IMG/VR virus record: IMGVR_UViG_3300035501_000580
Reading direction: 5' to 3' (one strand)
DNA length: 34,428 nt
Source of the DNA: a virus
Taxonomy: Duplodnaviria; Heunggongvirae; Uroviricota; Caudoviricetes
Positions within the stretch are counted from its first letter, which is position 1; each line of letters opens with the position of its first letter. The notes under the pieces are model-generated. The model was not told the DNA's origin, did no database searches, and saw only the letters and a list, made by a program, of their open reading frames with translations. The position numbers and the translations under genes were made by a program. Of this stretch, positions 8,071 through 16,519 are shown one piece after another.

Positions 8071-8790
8071 TTAGATATTTAACGTCAGGTAATTACTTTT
8101 TCCACCTGTGTCAATCAGCCACAGTTTATTTCCATTTGGTAATCTCAATGACTTGATTTCATCATCACTTGTTCTTGTATGGGCGACAATTTGATTGTAA
8201 CCATCTATTGCATTGTTATATAATGAACTTGGTCTAATCCATGTACATCCCTGTAGAGGATGTTCACCACAATGTGAGAAGTCAAAGTCATCAAAACTAA
8301 CAACATTAGTTAATTCTGTTTCAGTCCAACCAGTGTAGTTATTTAGGATACGTTCATCAAAACGCGGTTCACCATCATCAACATACATTCTGTGTATTTT
8401 TTCCATCCATTGGGTACTAACACCAGCATGACTGAATAGATAATTATCAATCTTATAACATAGGTAAGAATCTTTAAGGTTAGGAAGTATCACTTCTCTA
8501 ATTTTTTCACCATCTCTTAGTGAAGTTCGATTTGTTTCATCGGTTCTAATAATATAGTAAGCTAAGTCGTGGTTTCCTAAAAGAGAAACAATTCTATTAT
8601 CTTCCTTTGATATTTGAATAAATTTATTGTATCTATCAAGGAGGTCTTCAATTTTTATATTATCATAAGGATCAAAGTGGTCTCCAAATACAATAATTTT
8701 TTCACAATCGTTATTATTTTTTAGAATGTCTTCATAACATTCAAGGAACTTATTTGTTCCATGTATATCACCAATACAACAAACTTTCAT
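8071..8790 (-). CDS. metallophosphoesterase (calcineurin-like)
   Basis: GDIHG, GDHFD, GNHD, FSHAG, AHT motifs. Confidence 0.88.
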   Translation of the reverse strand: MKVCCIGDIHGTNKFLECYEDILKNNNDCEKIIVFGDHFDPYDNIKIEDLLDRYNKFIQISKEDNRIVSLLGNHDLAYYIIRTDETNRTSLRDGEKIREVILPNLKDSYLCYKIDNYLFSHAGVSTQWMEKIHRMYVDDGEPRFDERILNNYTGWTETELTNVVSFDDFDFSHCGEHPLQGCTWIRPSSLYNNAIDGYNQIVAHTRTSDDEIKSLRLPNGNKLWLIDTGGKSNYLTLNI

Positions 8791-9614
8791 TAATGACGAT
8801 ATTTTAATTCAGATACAAGACACAATTTTACAATACCATTCTTGACAACAGTTTTCTTAGGACATACAAATACATAATGATTATATGTCAATGCTTGGAG
8901 AGTGTCGAGTAAATCATCATATTTAATTTCAACATCATGGAAACTGTCAATGATAATTTCATGTCCATTTCTCCACAAGAGGTTTTTATCATAAGCTAAG
9001 ATACGACCATTATATCCAACAACCACACGAGGGGTATTAACACAAATTACATCGGGATATTCATAGAAGTCTTTAAGAACAGCTTCAACATACTTATCAG
9101 GAAGGGGTAAATCTTTTCTAATAGATGTTGAAGATGATTCTACATTATCTTCTTTAACTTCTTCATGAGTTTCTTCTACAACAGGTTCAACGGCTTCTTC
9201 TGTTTTTTCTGAAACTTCTTCTGTAATAGGTTCTTCGGTTTCAACTGTTTCTTCAACTACTTCAGGAGTTTCTTCTACAACAGGTTCAGTTTCTTCTACA
9301 ACTTCTTCAACAGGATTAGCTTCCTCAGTTGTCGTATTTTGGTTGAACTTTACAATGAATGAAGAATTATCATCACTTACACAAATTTCAGTAAGTTCAT
9401 AAACCAATTTTTCATCCACTCCATTTGTTGTAAATTGAACACCATCATAAGACTTCCACACAGATTTGTCAGTCAAGTCTTCAACAGTGAAATTTTTATT
9501 AGTAGTGAACTTACCCATATAAAAAGAAGATACCTCAAATGATACTTCAGAAGCACCATTCAAAACACTGGTAAATACATCTTTTTTAATAGTTAACTTT
9601 AATACGTTTTCCAT
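8790..9614 (-). CDS. degenerate ASCH/PUA-like N-domain + acidic EPVVEET linker + C-terminal domain
   Basis: LKLTIKKDVF..LNG and YDGVQF..IVKF align by eye with the ASCH-like gene at 33116; Glu/Val/Thr/Pro-rich centre. Confidence 0.55.
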   Translation of the reverse strand: MENVLKLTIKKDVFTSVLNGASEVSFEVSSFYMGKFTTNKNFTVEDLTDKSVWKSYDGVQFTTNGVDEKLVYELTEICVSDDNSSFIVKFNQNTTTEEANPVEEVVEETEPVVEETPEVVEETVETEEPITEEVSEKTEEAVEPVVEETHEEVKEDNVESSSTSIRKDLPLPDKYVEAVLKDFYEYPDVICVNTPRVVVGYNGRILAYDKNLLWRNGHEIIIDSFHDVEIKYDDLLDTLQALTYNHYVFVCPKKTVVKNGIVKLCLVSELKYRH

Positions 9615-9691
9615 TATTAATCTTCGTTAGTTTTTTTCTTTGTATTTTTCTTTTTTGTAGATTTCTTCTCAGTTTCTTCTACAACAGGTTC
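9169..9691. repeat. three copies of the 20-mer GTTTCTTCTACAACAGGTTC (encodes EPVVEET) across two adjacent genes
   Basis: Copies at ~9169, ~9268 and ~9672, plus a partial copy at ~9289. Confidence 0.75.
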
Positions 9692-9904
9692 TTCTGAAAC
9701 AATCTCTTCCTCTAAATCGGTTGTTTCACCATTTAATTTTGAAAGAAGTTCATCCTTAGCAGAGATGACCTTTTTCAATTCTTGTATTTCGCACGAAAGT
9801 GATTCAATTTGAGAAAGGTATCCATTTTCTTTTTCTTTTTGAGTTAGATACATTTTTCTTAGATTTTCATATCTTTCGAGCACAATATCAATGTTACTGC
9901 TCAT
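9617..9904 (-). CDS. coiled-coil protein with acidic then basic tail
   Basis: Heptad pattern; EPVVEET followed by KKSTKKKNTKKK. Confidence 0.65.
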   Translation of the reverse strand: MSSNIDIVLERYENLRKMYLTQKEKENGYLSQIESLSCEIQELKKVISAKDELLSKLNGETTDLEEEIVSEEPVVEETEKKSTKKKNTKKKTNED

Positions 9905-9916
9905 ATATGATTAAGT

Positions 9917-10510
9917 TTATTTATCTCCATTTTTCCAAGTTATCTTATCATCAAACCATTCACTAAAATCATCAGCATCAGGAGCAAACTCAGGTTCATT
10001 TTCCTTCAACCACTCACATTGTTCTATGAATGATTTTTTGATTTCAGATAAGTCAACATCAGGGGAGTATTTGTGTATATGTTTCAATACATCTAAAATA
10101 TCATGTCCCCAAACTGAAATATCGGTGTTGTTATAATCAGGCCATTTAGATACGGTTTCTATACCATCAATATTAAACACCGGATAATACTTTTCGATTT
10201 TATCACCATATGAAATACGTAGTTGACTGTCTTTCATAAAGTGATTTTCTTTTACCCATGTGTAGAGTAAATCAGTCACACCTTTAGTATTCACGAGGTT
10301 TCTATGACAGTAATATCTCTGCACATCACAATATGTTTCAGGAAGGTCATTTTTTGTCATTTTCGTGTTATACCATCGACCATTCCTGAGTGCTTTCAAA
10401 TTTGTATATTCATAATCAAGTTTCAATTTATCTTCATATCCGATAACTTTAACTTCATATTCATATACATTTGACAATTTTTTAGACAATGAGTTCATAA
10501 AGCCAAACAA
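9917..10510 (-). CDS. hypothetical protein, 197 aa
   Basis: ORF track, operon packing. Confidence 0.75.
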   Translation of the reverse strand: MFGFMNSLSKKLSNVYEYEVKVIGYEDKLKLDYEYTNLKALRNGRWYNTKMTKNDLPETYCDVQRYYCHRNLVNTKGVTDLLYTWVKENHFMKDSQLRISYGDKIEKYYPVFNIDGIETVSKWPDYNNTDISVWGHDILDVLKHIHKYSPDVDLSEIKKSFIEQCEWLKENEPEFAPDADDFSEWFDDKITWKNGDK

Positions 10511-10721
10511 AAAAATACCAAATTAATATACAAATTGTTCCTACTAAACCGACCACTACCAAGAAAGCAAATAGAGCTAACAATAGAGGTATCCAAATCC
10601 AAAGGGGTAGAGTTACAATCCACCAAGACCAAGTGATAACACCTGCCAATTTTAATATCAACATTATTAAGAAAATGGTGAATGAAGTGCCACCACCAAG
10701 GTTCAATGTAATTTTTCCCAT
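10482..10721 (-). CDS. small membrane protein, LKLxGVITWSWW family
   Basis: LILKLAGVITWSWWIVTLPLW is a recurrent phage membrane-protein motif. Confidence 0.75.
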   Translation of the reverse strand: MGKITLNLGGGTSFTIFLIMLILKLAGVITWSWWIVTLPLWIWIPLLLALFAFLVVVGLVGTICILIWYFFVWLYELIV

Positions 10722-10733
10722 CTTATTTTCTTT

Positions 10734-10805
10734 TTAATTATTTTCATCTCCGAGTGACCAAATAATAACTAAGAAGATAATCAATAAAACTAATAACTTC
10801 AACAT
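10734..10805 (-). CDS. single-TM micropeptide, 23 aa (MLKLLVLLIIFLVIIWSLGDENN)
   Basis: Manual translation; TGATG coupling to upstream stop. Confidence 0.45.
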   Translation of the reverse strand: MLKLLVLLIIFLVIIWSLGDENN

Positions 10806-11317
10806 CAGCTCCACCAATTTTCGTGCTCAGTTCTAATGGTTTCAAAAAACTCTTTTATATCTTTTTCCTTTTCCAATTCTGCATCTTGACAGGCTTTGAT
10901 GAACATATCTTTTAATTCATCATTAGGAAAACCAAACTCAAAGATACCTCTTGTTTCCATAAATTTTTCAAGTTTTTCTGGATAGTGGGTGTAATCATCT
11001 TTAAGTATTCGTTCACCAATTTCAATTACTTTGTCAAGACCAGCAAGACAATCACGTTCTTCATAATCTTCATCACCGGGTTTTGTTCCTCCCTTTACTG
11101 GTTGGTGTCGAAGGTCTACAAAGTCAGCATCAACAACATCTAATTGATATCTCATGTCCTTTAACTTCATCACCATCATCTCAAACAAGAAGTAATAATC
11201 CCAGTCATAGTTATTCCACATTCGGATAAACCATTTTGAACTATTACGTAAACGTTCAATGGTGTGTCTTACCCAACGAACAGGTGCAAGTTTTTTAATT
11301 TTCTTCAATAGTTTCAT
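10805..11317 (-). CDS. hypothetical protein, 170 aa
   Basis: ORF track, overlap-coupled. Confidence 0.75.
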   Translation of the reverse strand: MKLLKKIKKLAPVRWVRHTIERLRNSSKWFIRMWNNYDWDYYFLFEMMVMKLKDMRYQLDVVDADFVDLRHQPVKGGTKPGDEDYEERDCLAGLDKVIEIGERILKDDYTHYPEKLEKFMETRGIFEFGFPNDELKDMFIKACQDAELEKEKDIKEFFETIRTEHENWWS

Positions 11318-11807
11318 TTATTTCTTTCTTAAACAAATAATCTGAATTATCTTCGTCAAATCCCATGTGTGACCAAAATGAAGTTGCACTGGAATCGAAG
11401 GGATCCAATTTAATATCTTTGTAGAATGACTTTGCTGACTTTTCAATATTTCTCAATAAGATTTTACCCCATTCCATACCTCGACAATCACAAGCAATTT
11501 CAAAGACTGAGATAATAAGAGTATCCTGTTGAGAATATAAACTCATCGTACATATAATATTATCACCTGATTTAATCATATACCAATGATTTTTTGAATA
11601 CCTTTTATCATTTAAGAATTTACTTGTATCCAAATCAGATGTCCATTCACTATCCTGAGTTTCTTCAAAACAAATCATAGGAAAGTTGTACGAATAGTCA
11701 TCTAAGAAAATGTTTTTAACTTCTTCCTGAGTGAGTATTTCAACTTCACAATATTCAGAGTTTTCAATACCTTCAATCAGGGTTTCTTCAAAGTCATCAA
11801 ATTTCAT
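11295..11807 (-). CDS. GNAT-family acetyltransferase
   Basis: ISVFEIACDCRGMEWGKILL (acetyl-CoA motif A), ATSFWSHMGF (motif B). Confidence 0.75.
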   Translation of the reverse strand: MKFDDFEETLIEGIENSEYCEVEILTQEEVKNIFLDDYSYNFPMICFEETQDSEWTSDLDTSKFLNDKRYSKNHWYMIKSGDNIICTMSLYSQQDTLIISVFEIACDCRGMEWGKILLRNIEKSAKSFYKDIKLDPFDSSATSFWSHMGFDEDNSDYLFKKEINETIEEN

Positions 11808-12178
11808 TACAGTTTGTCTTTAATCTGGTTCCACAAAAGGTCAGTAATCAATTCCAAGTTAGGTTCGAGTTGTTGATACACGTCGATTTTCCTTTCACGA
11901 GGGTCATCACCACTTGGCCAATCACTAACTATGAACTCCCACTCACATTTATATCGGTAAAGATAAATGAAATGTGAACGAATAAACTCCATCAAATCTT
12001 TTTTAGTCTTAATGGGTTTAGGTTTTAATGTGGATTTGTCATAGATATGGAAATTCTTCTTAGAGATGGAACCATTTGAATTGAAAATAGAACCATACAA
12101 AGAAGGCATAACATCATAACTATCAACTTCTCCATTTGCCCAGTTCTTATACAGGACATTAAATTTGAACCTCTTCAT
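11807..12178 (-). CDS. hypothetical protein, 123 aa
   Basis: ORF track; first gene after motif at 12211. Confidence 0.75.
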   Translation of the reverse strand: MKRFKFNVLYKNWANGEVDSYDVMPSLYGSIFNSNGSISKKNFHIYDKSTLKPKPIKTKKDLMEFIRSHFIYLYRYKCEWEFIVSDWPSGDDPRERKIDVYQQLEPNLELITDLLWNQIKDKL

Positions 12179-12208
12179 ATCTACGAAATTTTATATATTT
12201 ATCTTTAC

Positions 12209-12216
12209 CATAAATA
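12209..12216 (+). promoter_or_regulatory. orphan late promoter CATAAATA
   Basis: Exact motif with no downstream CDS. Confidence 0.5.
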
Positions 12217-12223
12217 TAACAAA
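12211..12223 (-). promoter_or_regulatory. middle-class motif TTTGTTATATTTA (GNAT operon)
   Basis: Recurrent 13-mer. Confidence 0.7.
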
Positions 12224-12308
12224 TAAAATTGCTGATATGTGATAGTTGCCATTTTTTAACATCCGTCAGCAGAATGAGGTGGGGTTTATATCTCACCTCA
12301 TTTAATTT
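12222..12308 (+). ncRNA. candidate late small RNA (ends approximate)
   Basis: Orphan late promoter, internal stem (TGCTGA/TCAGCA plus ATGT/ACAT), plus-strand-oriented terminator. Confidence 0.35.
12273..12302 (+). terminator. intrinsic terminator, better formed on the plus strand
   Basis: 12-bp stem using G-U pairs on plus strand, followed by T-rich run. Confidence 0.65.
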
Positions 12309-12758
12309 TTAGATAAAGTCAAATGTGGTTGCGATAACCTTATTACCCCGGATTAAAAGAAATCTAAAATCATCATACTTATCAAATATCTCCTGAATTG
12401 GTCTCTCATGTCGTTCTAAATCACCACCTTCAGTATATCCTAACTCCTGTAAATATTTCAAAGTATCTTTTGTAAATAGTTTGACCTCATCAGTTTTATT
12501 ATTCAAAGATATTAAACAAATAGGGTCATTCACATCATAAGTTTCTTTTTTACCATTACAGCCGAATTCACATTTTTTAGGATTAAAGTAAAAAAGACAA
12601 TCTTCATTTACTGGTTCTGTACTACAACTTATAATGATTTCACTTTCTGTGTCATAAAAATACCAGTCAAAAATAAGAGTATATCCTAATAGATGATTTG
12701 CTTTAAATTCGATGTCTTCTCTCATCTCTTTAATGAAATAAAAAAAATCTTTAACCAT
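12309..12758 (-). CDS. hypothetical protein, 149 aa
   Basis: ORF track. Confidence 0.7.
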   Translation of the reverse strand: MVKDFFYFIKEMREDIEFKANHLLGYTLIFDWYFYDTESEIIISCSTEPVNEDCLFYFNPKKCEFGCNGKKETYDVNDPICLISLNNKTDEVKLFTKDTLKYLQELGYTEGGDLERHERPIQEIFDKYDDFRFLLIRGNKVIATTFDFI

Positions 12759-12765
12759 AATAAAC

Positions 12766-13104
12766 TTATTTCATAATATCAACAAATTCACTCTCATTAA
12801 TCTTACCTGAAAGCAATAGTTCGAGATTTAACTTACCCTCATCAACACGTTCAATGTCATGTAGTAAATCTCTTAATACATCAACTGTACTTTCTTCAAA
12901 ATTATAAACCGCATCAAAGTTATTACATGAATAATCAGGTGTGGTCAATTTTTTATTACTGAATTTGTAAGTACCCATTCTTCTTTCATTAACACAACCA
13001 AAGATACAAGCACCATCCAAATAAGATTTACAATTTTTACAAGCTGGTTTATCTGTATTTGATTTTTCGATGATAAGTTTTAGTTTATCTTTCAAATCTT
13101 CCAT
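12766..13104 (-). CDS. Cys-rich hypothetical protein (CxxC..C..C)
   Basis: CKNCKSY..C..C..C; late motif at 13129. Confidence 0.7.
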   Translation of the reverse strand: MEDLKDKLKLIIEKSNTDKPACKNCKSYLDGACIFGCVNERRMGTYKFSNKKLTTPDYSCNNFDAVYNFEESTVDVLRDLLHDIERVDEGKLNLELLLSGKINESEFVDIMK

Positions 13105-13128
13105 GTCTTTAATATAATTGATATAAGA

Positions 13129-13136
13129 TATTTATG
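13129..13136 (-). promoter_or_regulatory. late promoter CATAAATA
   Basis: 24 nt before 13104. Confidence 0.65.
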
Positions 13137-13149
13137 GTTTTGAAATACA

Positions 13150-13157
13150 CATAAATA
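13150..13157 (+). promoter_or_regulatory. late promoter CATAAATA
   Basis: 25 nt before 13183. Confidence 0.7.
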
Positions 13158-13182
13158 CTTAAAATGATAATATTTTCTGAAA

Positions 13183-13719
13183 ATGATACAAATACCTACA
13201 TTTCAAAGTTTCATCAATGAAGGAATTCTAACGAATTATAGAACTGAAAAAGAAGGTAAAAAATTAACATATACTCAGCTCTCAGGCACATTTGATGAAC
13301 TTATAAAAAAATTACTTGAAGAAAAAATTCCATTCTATTTTGACTGTACATATAAAGAGTTCACAAAGATTGGTTATCTAATGAATGAAACTATCAATAA
13401 TGTTCATTTCAATGGGTATATCTTAGATAACGAAAAAACTTCAGATGCACTCTATAAAGAATTTAGTGAAAAAATACTTAAAGATGTCATTATAGAAAAA
13501 CCCGGTAAACTTCATATTGGTAGAAGTAATTTCACTGACTTAACCAAAGCTAATGATCTTGAAACTATCACTGTAGTAGTAAAAGCCTTTAAGACATATG
13601 CTAAGGATAAAGGACTTTCTTCTAGAGAAATAACAGGTAATAAGTATGAAGTAAATATAAATATTGATTTTCTAAGTGAAAAAACTAGGATCAATGATTT
13701 AATTGATTATGTATTTTAA
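13183..13719 (+). CDS. putative internal head protein
   Basis: N-terminus MIQIPTFQSFINE/G resembles a CTS; late motif upstream. Confidence 0.55.
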   Translation: MIQIPTFQSFINEGILTNYRTEKEGKKLTYTQLSGTFDELIKKLLEEKIPFYFDCTYKEFTKIGYLMNETINNVHFNGYILDNEKTSDALYKEFSEKILKDVIIEKPGKLHIGRSNFTDLTKANDLETITVVVKAFKTYAKDKGLSSREITGNKYEVNINIDFLSEKTRINDLIDYVF

Positions 13720-13775
13720 GTATTATTTATATGATATAACAAACGGTCTACTTTATATAAAAAAATCTGGTGAGG

Positions 13776-14579
13776 TTATTCGCCAGATTTTAATTTTTTA
13801 AGTATGTCTAACTGGTCATTAGTCAAAGACTTAGGCATCTTAATGATATAATTCATCTTGATTGAACCATACCCCTCACTTTTGAATTTGGGGAATCCTT
13901 GACCACTGACTATACTATATCCTCCATTTTGTGTGAACTTAGGAACTTTGAATTTTACTTCCTTGTCAAATATCTCAATAGTTTTCTCAGCACCTAAAAT
14001 TGCATCTAACCAATCAATGGCATACATTATTTCCAATGTTCCATTATCATCTACCATCATTCTTTGGTTAGGTATAATTTCAACAGTAACTAATAAATCA
14101 CCAAAAGATTCACGACCATGAGCATCAATACCTTTCATACCCATTCCTTCAACTCTTAGGGTTTGGTGATTTCTTACACCTTTAGGAATGTCAATATTTA
14201 GGGTTTTTGTTCCAGTCCTAACTTGTCTTTTAGTTCCAAAATAAGCTTCCTCTAATGAAAGAGTTAGTTGGACATTTATATTAGAAGGTGTCCTCATACC
14301 AAAACCACCACCAAAGGGATTGAAACCACCACCAAAAGGATTGAAACCAAAACCACCGGAGTTAAATCCCATCTGTGGATTGTCATATTCTTGTCGTTTC
14401 TTTTCATCACCAAGAGTAGAATAAGCTTCATTTACCTCTTTGAACTTTTCCTCAGCGGATTTGTCACCTTTATTTTTATCTGGGTGATATTTTTTACTTA
14501 GGTTGCGGTAAGCCTTCTTAATTTCATCTTGGGTGGCATTTTTTGAAACACCCAATATATCATAAAAATTCTTAGCCAT
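13776..14579 (-). CDS. dnaJ: DnaJ-class B / CbpA-like co-chaperone
   Basis: J-domain with HPD, G/F-rich linker, no Cys zinc finger, DnaJ C-terminal domain. Confidence 0.92.
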   Translation of the reverse strand: MAKNFYDILGVSKNATQDEIKKAYRNLSKKYHPDKNKGDKSAEEKFKEVNEAYSTLGDEKKRQEYDNPQMGFNSGGFGFNPFGGGFNPFGGGFGMRTPSNINVQLTLSLEEAYFGTKRQVRTGTKTLNIDIPKGVRNHQTLRVEGMGMKGIDAHGRESFGDLLVTVEIIPNQRMMVDDNGTLEIMYAIDWLDAILGAEKTIEIFDKEVKFKVPKFTQNGGYSIVSGQGFPKFKSEGYGSIKMNYIIKMPKSLTNDQLDILKKLKSGE

Positions 14580-14605
14580 TTTTATATTCTTACATTTTTA
14601 CAACC

Positions 14606-14618
14606 TAAACATAACAAA
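14606..14618 (-). promoter_or_regulatory. middle-class motif TTTGTTATGTTTA (dnaJ)
   Basis: Recurrent 13-mer. Confidence 0.7.
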
Positions 14619-14625
14619 AATCTGA

Positions 14626-14633
14626 CATAAATA
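14626..14633 (+). promoter_or_regulatory. late promoter CATAAATA
   Basis: 25 nt before 14659. Confidence 0.7.
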
Positions 14634-14658
14634 TCTTATCAAACAATATTTTAATCTA

Positions 14659-14853
14659 ATGGAGGATAATAAAGAAGATTTCATTCTTAAAAAAATTAGA
14701 CACTTTCAGGGAACAATAGAGGATTATAAAACATATTGGGAAAGGAAGATTGCTGAAGGTGTATCTGAAGAGTCATCTGAAACTAAATCATTAAAACAGA
14801 GAAATGATGACTTAAACCATGCATTTGACATATATCCAGTAGAAAAAGATTAA
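14659..14853 (+). CDS. small late hypothetical protein, 64 aa
   Basis: Flanked by CATAAATA and a terminator. Confidence 0.6.
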   Translation: MEDNKEDFILKKIRHFQGTIEDYKTYWERKIAEGVSEESSETKSLKQRNDDLNHAFDIYPVEKD

Positions 14854-14880
14854 AGGTTGAGGTTAAAATCCCCAACCTTT
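14852..14880. terminator. bidirectional terminator (near-identical to 7141-7169)
   Basis: AAAGGTTGAGG..AAAATCCCCAACCTTT. Confidence 0.75.
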
Positions 14881-14888
14881 TTATTTTG

Positions 14889-16448
14889 TTAATAATCATA
14901 ATCTAATAAACTAACAGGAACTTGTGAAATTGAACAAGCGATTTTTCGTGATTCAATAAATGAAGTTATATTTTGTGTAGTTGTTTCAATTTTTAGACCT
15001 GTTGAACCAGAACCACTACCAGAACCACCACTTGAATTTGTGATATTAATAACCTCATTCGTTCCATCAATATCGACATCGGTTCTACGATTATAAACTT
15101 TTACTATATCAGGTGTTTCTGACATATATATTCTATTCATTCGTTTACCATATCGTGAAGGATTGTCATAAGTTAATGTTGCTGTTTTTACTATGGTTGT
15201 ATTATCATCAGTATTAAGTATTTTTAACGTATCTCTAATTGTAAACTTGAAACATTTACTACCATATATACAAACAGGTCTATAATACATTAGATTATCC
15301 AACCCATCTTCATTAATCACTTCTTCATTATCACCACTTTCACTATCAACAGAAATTGCATTGACAATATACTGTTCTCGATGTGTGACCTTTGATGTAA
15401 CCTCATTATTGTATCCCAAATAATGTTCAGTTAGTGTCAATTCATGTAATACTATATATGTACTAAGGTCTTCATCAAGGTTTCTCATATAGTCTGAAAA
15501 TGAACCACCACTATTACATTTAACACCTAATGTAAAATACTCACCATCATCGGCCTCCTTTATGTCAACATATATATCATCATATATATCTTGATTTGGA
15601 ACTGAAATTGTGTTAATACGTTCAGTCACGTAGTATTCATCGTTATTTCGTGTTAGGTCATATCTAATACCATATACTGAAAAGAATACAGGAGTATTAT
15701 CTAACAATACATTTTTTTTATTATTATCAAGTAAGTGATATACTAAATCTTTACGATCATAATCTTCTTGTAGAGTTTCATCAGTATAATAATTTAATAA
15801 GTCAGATGTACTTAATATTTTAACATCGACATAACGTGTATATACTTTTTGGTTTATTAAGAGTGGCCTGCTACTTATTTTGACATCTGTGTTTGATTTA
15901 GGTAATATAAAAGACATCAGACCTACTTTTTCCTTAGATTTTTTGTAAATATATGACTGGAAAATAAGACCATTATAACCATCCATATAATCCTTACCAG
16001 TGAAATATATCCTAATTTTATCAAACTTTATATCATATACATCTTCACCACTTACATTTGCATTTTCGCCGTGATATGTGGTTTCTGTTTTGTCGGAGTC
16101 AGAAAGTATGGTATCAGTATGTTCTCCCTTAAATGTATCAATACTTATTTTTTGATTAGTTGCACCTTTAAATTCATTATTTTTATCAAATGGTTTAACA
16201 AAATAACTCTGTGAACTATTGGTGGGTATTACAAAATTAGCACTATATAGATTAATATCACTAACATTATTTTGAACAAGAAAATAATTCATAATGGGAG
16301 TGACACCAGATATAACTCTCGCGTTTATATCACCATTATATTTGATATTTTCATCTTTATATGTATCTGTTTCAATGTTGTAATTATACTCAATTAAAAT
16401 CTCCGGTGTTAGTTGATAATATCTTGTTGAATATGTAATTTCAGCCAT
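14889..16448 (-). CDS. probable virion structural protein, 519 aa
   Basis: Late motif upstream; Asn/Asp/Tyr-rich with Gly/Ser linker; neighbours baseplate genes. Confidence 0.55.
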   Translation of the reverse strand: MAEITYSTRYYQLTPEILIEYNYNIETDTYKDENIKYNGDINARVISGVTPIMNYFLVQNNVSDINLYSANFVIPTNSSQSYFVKPFDKNNEFKGATNQKISIDTFKGEHTDTILSDSDKTETTYHGENANVSGEDVYDIKFDKIRIYFTGKDYMDGYNGLIFQSYIYKKSKEKVGLMSFILPKSNTDVKISSRPLLINQKVYTRYVDVKILSTSDLLNYYTDETLQEDYDRKDLVYHLLDNNKKNVLLDNTPVFFSVYGIRYDLTRNNDEYYVTERINTISVPNQDIYDDIYVDIKEADDGEYFTLGVKCNSGGSFSDYMRNLDEDLSTYIVLHELTLTEHYLGYNNEVTSKVTHREQYIVNAISVDSESGDNEEVINEDGLDNLMYYRPVCIYGSKCFKFTIRDTLKILNTDDNTTIVKTATLTYDNPSRYGKRMNRIYMSETPDIVKVYNRRTDVDIDGTNEVINITNSSGGSGSGSGSTGLKIETTTQNITSFIESRKIACSISQVPVSLLDYDY

Positions 16449-16473
16449 CTTTTGTAAAATATCTTCTTTTAGA

Positions 16474-16481
16474 TATTTATG
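16474..16481 (-). promoter_or_regulatory. late promoter CATAAATA
   Basis: 25 nt before 16448. Confidence 0.7.
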
Positions 16482-16489
16482 TTTTCTCT

Positions 16490-16497
16490 CATAAATA
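16490..16497 (+). promoter_or_regulatory. late promoter CATAAATA
   Basis: 22 nt before 16520. Confidence 0.7.
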
Positions 16498-16519
16498 ACT
16501 ATATAAATTATTTGTGTTC

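Noticed and set aside
8071-8790. Second phosphoesterase as the missing SbcD/gp47
   Set aside because: Lacks the DxH-x-G N-terminal pattern and capping-domain length of Mre11/SbcD; resembles a PPP/ApaH-like phosphatase
12237-12305. Read-through peptide ATG-TGA-TAG-LPFFNIRQQNEVGFISHLI
   Set aside because: Requires suppression of two consecutive stops; the open stretch is short enough to be chance
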